From positions 1 to 36,910 of the IMG/VR virus record IMGVR_UViG_3300005405_000004: 36,910 nt of DNA. One strand, 5' to 3'. This stretch comes from a virus. Taxonomy: Duplodnaviria; Caudoviricetes. Below, piece by piece: positions 26,245-33,932 of this stretch (positions are counted from its first letter, which is position 1; each line of letters starts with the position of its first letter). Under the pieces are notes generated by a model. It was not told the origin of the DNA. It did no database searches and saw only the letters and a list, made by a program, of their open reading frames with translations. Position numbers and translations under genes: made by a program.

Positions 26245-26514
26245 ATGAACACGCAGCGCCCCACCATCGACCACTCAATGCTCCGTGCGACTGCCGGGAT
26301 GTCTAAGAGGGCGCTAGCCGCAGCGCAGGAGGCTAACCGCGTGGCGCTGTTCGGACCCAATGGCCTACAGCGTGTCGAGCCGCAACTTGAACCGGAGCGT
26401 GACAACCTGTTGCGCCGGGCTGCTGAACTGCGCAGGCTTGCCGAGGGCGGCATGGCACCCCGTAAGCACATGCGCGAGGCCGCAAGGCTTGAGGCATTGG
26501 CGGCTAGCCTGTGA
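26245..26514 (+). CDS. Hypothetical 89-aa basic helical protein, antisense to its neighbours
   Basis: GAGGA RBS, own promoter, and no convincing - strand gene over this interval. Confidence 0.75.
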   Translation: MNTQRPTIDHSMLRATAGMSKRALAAAQEANRVALFGPNGLQRVEPQLEPERDNLLRRAAELRRLAEGGMAPRKHMREAARLEALAASL

Positions 26515-26650
26515 ATCCGTGGCACGTAATATTGCGCAGGGTTGTGTTTCTGCCCGTGTACATAGCCGGACTTGTCATTTCCTACGTTGGGCTTGCCGGT
26601 GCGTGGGGTACTTATGAGGCCAATAGGTTTTGGAAAAACTCAATTTAACT

Positions 26651-26667
26651 GGTCACAATTTGTGACC
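26651..26667. promoter_or_regulatory. Palindrome GGTCACAA-T-TTGTGACC
   Basis: Perfect 8-bp inverted repeat in an AT-richer non-coding gap upstream of terS. Confidence 0.55.
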
Positions 26668-26773
26668 TCAAGGGGTGTAGAAATGGAACACACAACTGAT
26701 ATTTGAAAAGCTTCGTGAGGTCTGCGGGATTAAGTAGCCCCACCCCCTGACCTGGGCACGTCGCCAAACTGCC

Positions 26774-27220
26774 CTACTCAAACTCTCCGACATTCACCCC
26801 GACACTATCATCGAACGGACCGCAGTATGGCGTGTGAACTGGCGGTGGCGCTGCGTCTAGCATGGCTTGCATTGTCGGCAGTGAGTCGGCAATATTTGCC
26901 GGGTCAGCATCGGCAATTCCTGCCGCGTCTACTATACAATCACCTTTCCAGTCACCGCAAGCGGGGAACCTGAATATCTGCGCTCTCCCCGTAGTCTTGC
27001 GAATGACCGCCCCAAGGGCTACCAGCCGCCGCATGGACGCCTGCATGGTGCGCTCGGACATTGACACGCCATCAAGTATCGTCTGCACCTTGAGCCGTGA
27101 GAAGTCTCGCCCGCGCACGTTATTCAGCACCAGGAACGTGTAGAGCCACTTATCCGTGGAGTTCACGTCTATTCGTGCCGCCATTGCTCGACATAGGTCA
27201 AATACCGTCTTCGCTTCCAT
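26774..27220 (-). CDS. Winged helix-turn-helix DNA-binding protein
   Basis: VQTILDGVSMSERTMQASMRRLVALGAV wHTH pattern; AGGAG RBS. Confidence 0.75.
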   Translation of the reverse strand: MEAKTVFDLCRAMAARIDVNSTDKWLYTFLVLNNVRGRDFSRLKVQTILDGVSMSERTMQASMRRLVALGAVIRKTTGRAQIFRFPACGDWKGDCIVDAAGIADADPANIADSLPTMQAMLDAAPPPVHTPYCGPFDDSVGVNVGEFE

Positions 27221-27250
27221 GCATACTCCTGCTGTATGCCCTGATAAAAG

Positions 27251-27417
27251 CTCCGGGGAAAGCGACTCAGGATGTCGCCTTGTCGGGTGGCCGCCCTATC
27301 CCCGGAGAAATTTAGCCTGCGCCCTCGCTTGAATTTGTTATCCGTTACGCCCGCAGGCGGGGCAGATCGGCGTCGTCCCGTCGGGCGCATTGCGCCAGGA
27401 TAAAACGCCAAGCGAAG
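27251..27417 (-). ncRNA. Candidate structured RNA (branched stem plus long hairpin)
   Basis: Nested inverted repeats fill the intergenic gap; strand assumed from operon direction. Confidence 0.4.
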
Positions 27418-27428
27418 ACAGAGAATTG

Positions 27429-27626
27429 CTACTTGCGGAACTGTCGGGAAATGCCTACGACTTCCGCATCTGAGCCAACGTAACGGAGTTGATCCCGCTC
27501 CGTGATGTATGCAGAGAGGATGCCAACGGCGCGCTCAAGCTGCGCCAAGCGGGCGTAGAAAATAGCGCTGTCAGCTGGCTTCGCCATGTCGTCGAGCGTG
27601 GGCGGTTCTTTTCGTGGTCGCGGCAT
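27429..27626 (-). CDS. Small hypothetical protein (MPRPRKEP...)
   Basis: TAATG overlap with the upstream gene. Confidence 0.6.
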   Translation of the reverse strand: MPRPRKEPPTLDDMAKPADSAIFYARLAQLERAVGILSAYITERDQLRYVGSDAEVVGISRQFRK

Positions 27627-27889
27627 TATTTCTTCTCGTGAGTAGCGTTGCAGGTTGTTTTTATGACGGCTATGTCTGTGCTGTGATGTGTGACGTCGGC
27701 CTTGAGGCGATTGAACTCCTCCCACGGTACGCAATCGCGCTTTAGGTCCGCCTGTTCCTTGATCACCGCCTTGAGGTCGTCGCGTATCTCCTTTACGGCC
27801 TCAAGAATCGCCGTGTACCCTCTGCGGAGCATCCACCCGATAGAAGCCACCGCAGCGGCTACAATGATTGCGGCAAGCCATTCAGGCAT
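27626..27889 (-). CDS. Membrane-anchored coiled-coil protein of the lysis cassette
   Basis: N-terminal TM helix followed by a coiled coil. Confidence 0.7.
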   Translation of the reverse strand: MPEWLAAIIVAAAVASIGWMLRRGYTAILEAVKEIRDDLKAVIKEQADLKRDCVPWEEFNRLKADVTHHSTDIAVIKTTCNATHEKK

Positions 27890-27892
27890 GGC

Positions 27893-28234
27893 TCACCCGC
27901 CAAGGCCAAGCATGCCCAGCAAGATTCTGCCGAGCATGGTCATTTCGTCAGCGGCATAGCCTGGGAAATTACTTCCGGGGAACATACCGACCAGCAACGG
28001 GCGTACCACAAACTGCCACACAATCGCCATGCCACACGCCCATCCGACGAAGCCGCGCCAGGACTTGAGCAAGCCGATAAGCCCACCGCCTCCGCTCGTC
28101 TGCGCCTCTGCGGTGTTCGTGGCCTGTTGGCCCATCGCCTCGTCGTGCGTGTGCTGCTGCGCGAGCTCCTTGTTGGGCCAGATGCGCTTGATGATGGAGT
28201 CGGCGAGGGCCGGTATGGCGTCCAGGAGTCCCAC
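27893..28234 (-). CDS. Holin (3TM/GTA-type)
   Basis: SWRGFVGWACG and LLGMLGLGG motifs; start inferred at GTG 28234. Confidence 0.8.
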   Translation of the reverse strand: MGLLDAIPALADSIIKRIWPNKELAQQHTHDEAMGQQATNTAEAQTSGGGGLIGLLKSWRGFVGWACGMAIVWQFVVRPLLVGMFPGSNFPGYAADEMTMLGRILLGMLGLGG

Positions 28235-28236
28235 GG

Positions 28237-28419
28237 CTACATCCGAAAGTTGCTCATGATGGCGTAAAACAGCGCCACGGGGACCAGGACGGCCCCGGCG
28301 ATCCCGCCGACGACAGCCCAGGCGACGGCGCCCGTCAGCCAAAACGCCCCGCCAGCGCCGATGGCGCAGCCAACAGCTGCGGCGCCTAAGATCAAGGGGT
28401 TTTGCAGAAGATCAAACAT
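28237..28419 (-). CDS. Small hydrophobic membrane protein
   Basis: GAGG RBS; almost entirely hydrophobic 60 aa between lysin and holin. Confidence 0.65.
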   Translation of the reverse strand: MFDLLQNPLILGAAAVGCAIGAGGAFWLTGAVAWAVVGGIAGAVLVPVALFYAIMSNFRM

Positions 28420-28873
28420 GCGATGCCTCCTCGCCGCGCCGCACCTGCGCCACGACACGCTTTCCACGGTTGCCGACCTGCCGGAACCAGAGGGAGTCCT
28501 CGAGTTCGTCAGCCGCAAGCGCATAGTTCTGTGACTTAATGGCCGCGAGTGCCTGGACGAACCCAGCGAAACGTGCGGCACCCATGTTAAACACGATATT
28601 GAGCAGTGCGAGGTACACATTGCGGGGGAGTGCTGACATCCACGGCCAGCGACGCAACATGGATTCCTCGGCTTCGGCTATGTCGGACACAAGCCATGCG
28701 TCGGCCTGTTCGATAGTGCAGGTGGTGCGGGGGCCAGCGGGATATGTGGGGTCCGGGTGCGCCTCAAGGTTGTGCCCATATCCCAGGCTCCAAACGCCTG
28801 CGCTGCACCTGTAGGACGTGAGACGTAGACCTTCGTCTATCTTTAGCTGCGCCTCAAGGTCTGGATAGCGCAA
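28412..28873 (-). CDS. Endolysin, T4-lysozyme-like (GH24)
   Basis: LKIDEGLRL, SLGYGHNL, NIVFNMG and SLWFRQVGNR motifs. Confidence 0.9.
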   Translation of the reverse strand: MRYPDLEAQLKIDEGLRLTSYRCSAGVWSLGYGHNLEAHPDPTYPAGPRTTCTIEQADAWLVSDIAEAEESMLRRWPWMSALPRNVYLALLNIVFNMGAARFAGFVQALAAIKSQNYALAADELEDSLWFRQVGNRGKRVVAQVRRGEEASHV

Positions 28874-28875
28874 GG

Positions 28876-29055
28876 CTAAATGTCGCCTTCGCTGGAGCCG
28901 TCATGGGCGCGCACCCAGGAACAGCCGTCCTCAAGGGTGATGCGGTCGGTACGCGTTTCCTTGGCGTCCAGGCCGTAATAGTCGGCGAACGCGGCGCGGT
29001 AATCCTTGCGCCCTTCGCGCTCCCGGATGTAGTCGTCAAAGTTCTTGTCTGACAT
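28876..29055 (-). CDS. Small hypothetical protein (MSDKNFDDYI..., 59 aa; not in the ORF track)
   Basis: AGGGGG RBS; open frame ending two bases before the lysin start. Confidence 0.65.
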   Translation of the reverse strand: MSDKNFDDYIREREGRKDYRAAFADYYGLDAKETRTDRITLEDGCSWVRAHDGSSEGDI

Positions 29056-29075
29056 GCGTTCCCCCTGCTATGTAA

Positions 29076-29104
29076 GTGTTAGCTTAAACAAGAGGAACTG
29101 TCAA
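29076..29104 (-). promoter_or_regulatory. Putative late promoter upstream of the lysis cassette
   Basis: TTGACA-17 bp-TAACAC in an intergenic gap. Confidence 0.45.
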
Positions 29105-29124
29105 GCCAAAATATTGACGCGAAA

Positions 29125-30480
29125 TCACAAGACTCTGCCTTCGATGATCTTTTTCAGCTTCACACTAAATAGCCCGTCATCGTCAAAGTGTGCAATGGCG
29201 AATCCGGCCACCCAGGGGTTGAGTGGGCGGTACTCCGGGTGCATGTCGCACAATGGCCCGCACACCCACGCCCCGGCAGTCTTGCCCGCTATAGTGGTGG
29301 CAAAGTGCTCATCGACTTTATGTACGTGCCCGCAGATTACGTTATCAAGCGCCCGCAGGAAGTATTGACGCGCCGGATTGATGTTCGGGCAAATGCCAAG
29401 TTCGTGACCATGCAGGATATTTAGCTTGCCGATGCTGTACACGCCTTCGCCACGCTGCACTCGCTCAAGATTATCAACCCAGCGGATGTTCAGGCGCTCA
29501 AGCTCAAGCTGGTCTTGTAGTTTCAAGCCCTTCAGTTTGCTAATTTCTGCGGCCTGATTCCACAGATAACTCTGCAACCTGTCCTCATGATTACCTTTCA
29601 TTATTACTATCTCGGACTTCTTAAACCGCGTCCGCAACGCCTCAAGCCACGCCACTCCACGTGCTATTTCTTCGTGCAGCGGCATTGTCCCGTAGGGGTC
29701 TTTTTTCCACCTGCTGATTCCAGCGCAGTCGAGGAAGTCTCCGCCAAGCACCACCGTATCAATTTCGTGCCGTGACTGCGCATAGTCCAGTGCGAGCGCG
29801 ATATTTTCTTCCGAGTGGTTTGGCAAGTGAATGTCATAAAGGAAAAGCACAGTTTTGCGTTTTGTCCCGCCACCTTGCGATATATTCCGTTCACGATTCA
29901 TGAACTGTGTACGTTTTGTACCCAAACCACGCACAATAGCTAGTAAATCTTCCATCGTTGGGCACCCGTCTACACCCTCGCCAGGCGCGTGATACTCGCC
30001 GCAATTCATACACGGACCGTCTCCGCCAGCGCCAATTTTTGTCTGGTTCCTTGTCCCTGTTTTTGTCCCATTCATCTTAGCAGAATTATTGCCATTTTCG
30101 TACGTTTTCCGAAAATCTTGCCCCTGTTTTTGTCCGGTTACTTTTCCGGTTGCATCCGAGAGACTGTCAGGGAATCTCGCGCACGTCATGTCGTCGCCAC
30201 GGTCAGCGCGATGAAGGCCGAAAACAGACATAAACGCATCGGCCACGTCATAGCAAGGGCCGTCTTGACGCATCTTCGCACGCACTACGTTAATACGCTC
30301 CATTGCCCAACGCACACGCGACGGACGCGCATTTATCTGCCCGGTGCGTTCAATGTCGAGTAGCCAGCGGCACAAAGTCTTTCTCGGAATGCCGATTGCT
30401 TTTGCAGCACTCCTCTTACTCCCGCAAAGCCTCACGAACGTTGCGAGGTCCGTTTCTGCCGGAACCTGCGCCGGAATCAC
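29125..30480 (-). CDS. Calcineurin-like metallophosphoesterase with N-terminal HTH
   Basis: DIH, GDFLD, GNHE, HG and GHVH motifs; SKRSAAKAIGIPRKTLCRWL HTH. Confidence 0.9.
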   Translation of the reverse strand: MIPAQVPAETDLATFVRLCGSKRSAAKAIGIPRKTLCRWLLDIERTGQINARPSRVRWAMERINVVRAKMRQDGPCYDVADAFMSVFGLHRADRGDDMTCARFPDSLSDATGKVTGQKQGQDFRKTYENGNNSAKMNGTKTGTRNQTKIGAGGDGPCMNCGEYHAPGEGVDGCPTMEDLLAIVRGLGTKRTQFMNRERNISQGGGTKRKTVLFLYDIHLPNHSEENIALALDYAQSRHEIDTVVLGGDFLDCAGISRWKKDPYGTMPLHEEIARGVAWLEALRTRFKKSEIVIMKGNHEDRLQSYLWNQAAEISKLKGLKLQDQLELERLNIRWVDNLERVQRGEGVYSIGKLNILHGHELGICPNINPARQYFLRALDNVICGHVHKVDEHFATTIAGKTAGAWVCGPLCDMHPEYRPLNPWVAGFAIAHFDDDGLFSVKLKKIIEGRVL

Positions 30481-30983
30481 TCCGCACCGTCCTTTCCGAG
30501 TTCGCGCATTCGCAGAATCATCGCCGCGCTGTAGTTAATCGCGCCCAATATCTCACGTTCCGCAGCGTCCGCGCCCTTGATATGATAAAGACGCCCAGCC
30601 TCTACAGTCTTTTTAACGACCTGATAGGCGAGAGCGGCGACCGGATGATCTCCCAGCAAGCGCGTAATCTGCATGATCGGCTGATCTTCAAATGGCAAGC
30701 CGTTGTCGTGGCGCTCTTTGCCCTTGCCGCCGCTGGCCTGTTCGTAGGCATCGTGCAGTACGTCAGAAAGTGACTGATATTCACGACTCAAACAATCACT
30801 AGCAGGTTCAAGTTTCATACTACCACCGCACATCATTTCAGTTTCTCCTTTCACTTCATACGTCAACATTGTGTGACAACTTTCATTAGCACAACAGGAC
30901 ACAACCGGCCCACTGTGCAAGTCTAGTTGCGTCACCATCACACACGGCATATGACAATGCGGACACGTTGCGTAGCGTTTCAT
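30477..30983 (-). CDS. Conserved phage protein (GKGKERH type) with N-terminal Cys-rich segment
   Basis: AYEQASGGKGKERH, QVVKK and REILGAINY motifs. Confidence 0.7.
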   Translation of the reverse strand: MKRYATCPHCHMPCVMVTQLDLHSGPVVSCCANESCHTMLTYEVKGETEMMCGGSMKLEPASDCLSREYQSLSDVLHDAYEQASGGKGKERHDNGLPFEDQPIMQITRLLGDHPVAALAYQVVKKTVEAGRLYHIKGADAAEREILGAINYSAAMILRMRELGKDGAE

Positions 30984-30989
30984 CTGCCG

Positions 30990-31121
30990 TTACCACCATC
31001 CCAAAACATCGCCCCACGATGCATATAGGCAAAATCCTACGAACGATATAGAAAATATAACCGTGAACATCCAGGCCAACGATACCTTGACGTTTTCCAT
31101 TGTCAGATCAGTTGATGTCAT
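30990..31121 (-). CDS. Small membrane protein (43 aa; not in the ORF track)
   Basis: Fills the gap exactly; one TM helix LAWMFTVIFSISFVGFCLY. Confidence 0.5.
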   Translation of the reverse strand: MTSTDLTMENVKVSLAWMFTVIFSISFVGFCLYASWGDVLGWW

Positions 31122-31122
31122 A

Positions 31123-31521
31123 CTAAAACGCCTTATTCCCGTGCTTATACGCCCGGCCTTCGTTATATCGTACCTTCGCTACAATGGCCCCAGCAACGTC
31201 ATAACCCCGCGCCGCGCTCATGTCAAGCGCCCTAATAATCACGTCAGCAAGTTCAGCCTCTACTCCGGAGAATTGCGGTATGTGGTCGTCTGGCGGATTG
31301 CCAGCGCGCAACGCTTCAAGCGCCTCGCTCAACTCGGAGTGCATTAGCGCGATAAGCTCACCATCGTTGCGGTCTTCCTGCCACCAGCCTTTGCTGATAG
31401 CCGTGGCGTGGATGTGTGCGGCGAGTGCGCGGGTGTGCTGGATGAAGCACGTCATCTCAACTTCGTTACGCAATCCATTTCCGACATTCTCAAACGATAA
31501 TTCAGGCAATGTAGCGTCCAT
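31123..31521 (-). CDS. MazG-like nucleotide pyrophosphohydrolase
   Basis: IALMHSELSEALEALR, EAELADVIIR and KVRYNEGRAYKHG motifs. Confidence 0.9.
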   Translation of the reverse strand: MDATLPELSFENVGNGLRNEVEMTCFIQHTRALAAHIHATAISKGWWQEDRNDGELIALMHSELSEALEALRAGNPPDDHIPQFSGVEAELADVIIRALDMSAARGYDVAGAIVAKVRYNEGRAYKHGNKAF

Positions 31522-32012
31522 TACTCGCCTCTATTCCTTCCACAAGGTTTCAATTCGTCACACAACCCACCGCGCCAAACGCACAATGGAACCAACGTGC
31601 GCGCCAAGTGTTCATCAACATCGAACATCTGCACCTTGATTTCCTCCATAATTCTCTGTACAGCGATATGAGCCTTGCCGCACAATCGCTTATATGCGAG
31701 GTTCTGCAACGCTTCCGCGTTAATCAGCATTGCGTGAGAAACTGGCGTGTTGCGGTCTGCATTACCATTCCCGCCACGGTCCTCTCGGTTGCTGGACACG
31801 TAATGCGTGACGCCAACTGAATGTCTGACCATGTGTACACTGGCGAATGTAGGAATGTCAAGCATTTCAACCCAAAACATCTGCGTCCTGATCGGGCTAT
31901 GTTTGCAGGCGTAAACTTTAGGCAGCGTCATGCGCGACTGCCCGCGTGTAGTCATTTCACACGCCCTGCGCATCAACGATTCATCGGTCAGCTTCACAAT
32001 TTTAATCTGCAT
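31521..32012 (-). CDS. Short ThyX-like (flavin-dependent thymidylate synthase fold) protein
   Basis: HSPIR, VHMVRH, SNR, KRLC and PLCVWRGGLCDE motifs. Confidence 0.7.
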   Translation of the reverse strand: MQIKIVKLTDESLMRRACEMTTRGQSRMTLPKVYACKHSPIRTQMFWVEMLDIPTFASVHMVRHSVGVTHYVSSNREDRGGNGNADRNTPVSHAMLINAEALQNLAYKRLCGKAHIAVQRIMEEIKVQMFDVDEHLARTLVPLCVWRGGLCDELKPCGRNRGE

Positions 32013-32376
32013 CCATAACCTCGATTGTCACCACAAGTTCACCGCCTCTTTTTATCTCTCGCCTGTAGATATGCAGTTCGTCAAGCTGGCTATCATCGCC
32101 CCATACGCCGGAGTGAGTTAGGGCGTCTAGCACGGCTTTTGCATGGTTGTCAACGTCCCTAGCCCTCTTGTCCGGCGGGTACAGTTCAAGCGTCACCGCC
32201 AGCCGTCCAGACAACGCCAGGCCACCGCTAGCGATACGCATGACCTCCGCCCTATACTCACGCCCCGGCTTGCTAATGAGCGTCACGCTACGCCCACGGC
32301 CAGACTTGAGCGGTATGACGCAATGGCGGTAATACTGGTTAAGTGATGGAGGCCATGGCAGCGTTAGTTTCATCAT
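32002..32376 (-). CDS. rusA: RusA Holliday junction resolvase
   Basis: LPWPPSLNQYYR, RDVDNHAKAVLDAL and DDSQL motifs. Confidence 0.92.
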   Translation of the reverse strand: MMKLTLPWPPSLNQYYRHCVIPLKSGRGRSVTLISKPGREYRAEVMRIASGGLALSGRLAVTLELYPPDKRARDVDNHAKAVLDALTHSGVWGDDSQLDELHIYRREIKRGGELVVTIEVMDAD

Positions 32377-32549
32377 CTCCCCCCTGTTTCCTTCTTCATG
32401 GCCTTTATTTGCTCTTCCGTCAAGTGGCATTCCGTATGCCCTAACGCTACGCCACCACACCCAGGCTCACCACGGGCAGCGCGGCGGGAATCCCAAGCTG
32501 CGCATCTATCGCGGTACTGCGGCGGGAGTGGGCACTCTGTCATATCCAT
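32373..32549 (-). CDS. Small Cys-containing hypothetical protein
   Basis: AAGGAG RBS; ATGA overlap with rusA. Confidence 0.55.
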   Translation of the reverse strand: MDMTECPLPPQYRDRCAAWDSRRAARGEPGCGGVALGHTECHLTEEQIKAMKKETGGR

Positions 32550-32761
32550 GACTCCTTCGCGGCGATCTTCCTGACATGCCGCCGCATCGCCTTTTCCGCC
32601 ACCCGCTCTTGCTTCGCCTGTTCTGTCTGTATGTTGACTATCGACTCCATAAGCCTTGAATTGCTGGCCTGTAGTGATTTGTTCGCATCGTTTAAAAAAT
32701 AGACGATTACACACAATGCGCATACAAGTCCAATTGCCGTGCCAGTTACAAACTCTCTCAC
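32540..32761 (-). CDS. Small membrane-anchored protein
   Basis: GTGA overlap; N-terminal TM helix followed by a coiled coil. Confidence 0.65.
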   Translation of the reverse strand: MREFVTGTAIGLVCALCVIVYFLNDANKSLQASNSRLMESIVNIQTEQAKQERVAEKAMRRHVRKIAAKESWI

Positions 32762-33231
32762 GCGGCCACCAAACTTTCAGCCGCCGCGCAACCAATATCT
32801 ATCGGCGCATCGTCTGTCAAGCCCTTGTCAAGAATGTCGTAAAACTCGCCAAGAAGTGAATGAAGATTTCCCCACTCCCAACGCTTATCAATCAGCTTCG
32901 GCTCACGCGGTAAAGCCTCTTCTTCTCTTGCCACTATATCAACAACCATCGCAAGTGCCACCCTCGCGTCAACTTCGCGGTCAAGCTTCGCGCACATGGC
33001 GTCATTTCTGCGCAGAATTGTGTTTATCAGCCTGCGGTCTGTTTCGTCGTGTGGGTCTAGCAGTTTCGCCCGTGCCACGCTCATGGCGATACGTGATGCG
33101 ATTACAGCGGCCTTCCCGCGCTCATTCGCATCAAGGAACGATGCCACGGGGTCAGCAAAGGCATCAAGCATTCCAGATACGAGGTGCAAGGCCGCAAGGC
33201 GATTAATTGCATGACGGGGCAGCGAAGCCAT
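32758..33231 (-). CDS. Hypothetical helical protein (157 aa)
   Basis: TAATG overlap; GAGGTG RBS. Confidence 0.75.
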   Translation of the reverse strand: MASLPRHAINRLAALHLVSGMLDAFADPVASFLDANERGKAAVIASRIAMSVARAKLLDPHDETDRRLINTILRRNDAMCAKLDREVDARVALAMVVDIVAREEEALPREPKLIDKRWEWGNLHSLLGEFYDILDKGLTDDAPIDIGCAAAESLVAA

Positions 33232-33809
33232 TAGTACGCCACCTCGACGTTAATGTGTCCGCCGCTGAACAGATCAGAAATCCCGCTACGGCCTTCAACG
33301 TCGTGGATAAATGCCCTGCGCCCCTGGCACTTCGGGCACCAGCAGTTGTATGACATGTTGCTGCATCCCGGAGTGTGGCACTTACGCATCGGCATGAGCG
33401 GCTTATCTGGCCCAAGTAATTCACGGCGATTGACGGATTCTTTCACCTTTGCTCGACGTTCAATGTCCCTTTTCTTCCGACATTCATCGCGCATACAGAC
33501 AGTCTGCGATACGCTGCGCTTGATGAAGTCCAGTCCACAAAAGGCACACTTATGCATCTCTCTGTTTTTATCTCTAATCGCCTTTTCTCTCTTTGCTCTG
33601 TAAATCTTTTTACACTCTACTGTGTCGCACGTTTTTTGCTTAGGCAGGGATGGAGTGAATGTGCGCTTGCATGAAACGCATGTTTTTTCTTTGAAACTTA
33701 CAGAATACGCAGTTTTGATATTATCGCTTCCACACTTCATGCAGGCAATTAACCTTGGCATCCAAGCAGTAAACCCGCAATCTAAGCACACATATTTACG
33801 TCCAGCCAT
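33231..33809 (-). CDS. Multi-zinc-finger basic protein
   Basis: Repeated CxxC pairs (CLDC, CMKC, CVSC, CAFC, CPKC); Lys/Arg-rich. Confidence 0.75.
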   Translation of the reverse strand: MAGRKYVCLDCGFTAWMPRLIACMKCGSDNIKTAYSVSFKEKTCVSCKRTFTPSLPKQKTCDTVECKKIYRAKREKAIRDKNREMHKCAFCGLDFIKRSVSQTVCMRDECRKKRDIERRAKVKESVNRRELLGPDKPLMPMRKCHTPGCSNMSYNCWCPKCQGRRAFIHDVEGRSGISDLFSGGHINVEVAY

Positions 33810-33932
33810 AACGCCGCCTAGTCGTGTTTGAGGTTAAAGCGTCCGATGACGTACTGCGCCGTCGCATCGCTAATCAAGTGCCATTGCCATGCGATGAATA
33901 TGGCATACTTCAGCGCGGAACGCAAGCTAAAT

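Noticed and set aside
26645-26671. LRSQIVTS peptide resembling ORF6N-domain proteins
   Set aside because: Lies at the end of a roughly 30-codon frame without other family motifs; better explained as the DNA palindrome
27239-27262. CTGATAA...GAAA as a hammerhead ribozyme core
   Set aside because: Does not match CUGANGA, and the required stems could not be built
28237-28419. AVGC as the lipobox of a unimolecular spanin
   Set aside because: No positively charged N-region and no periplasmic domain; too short
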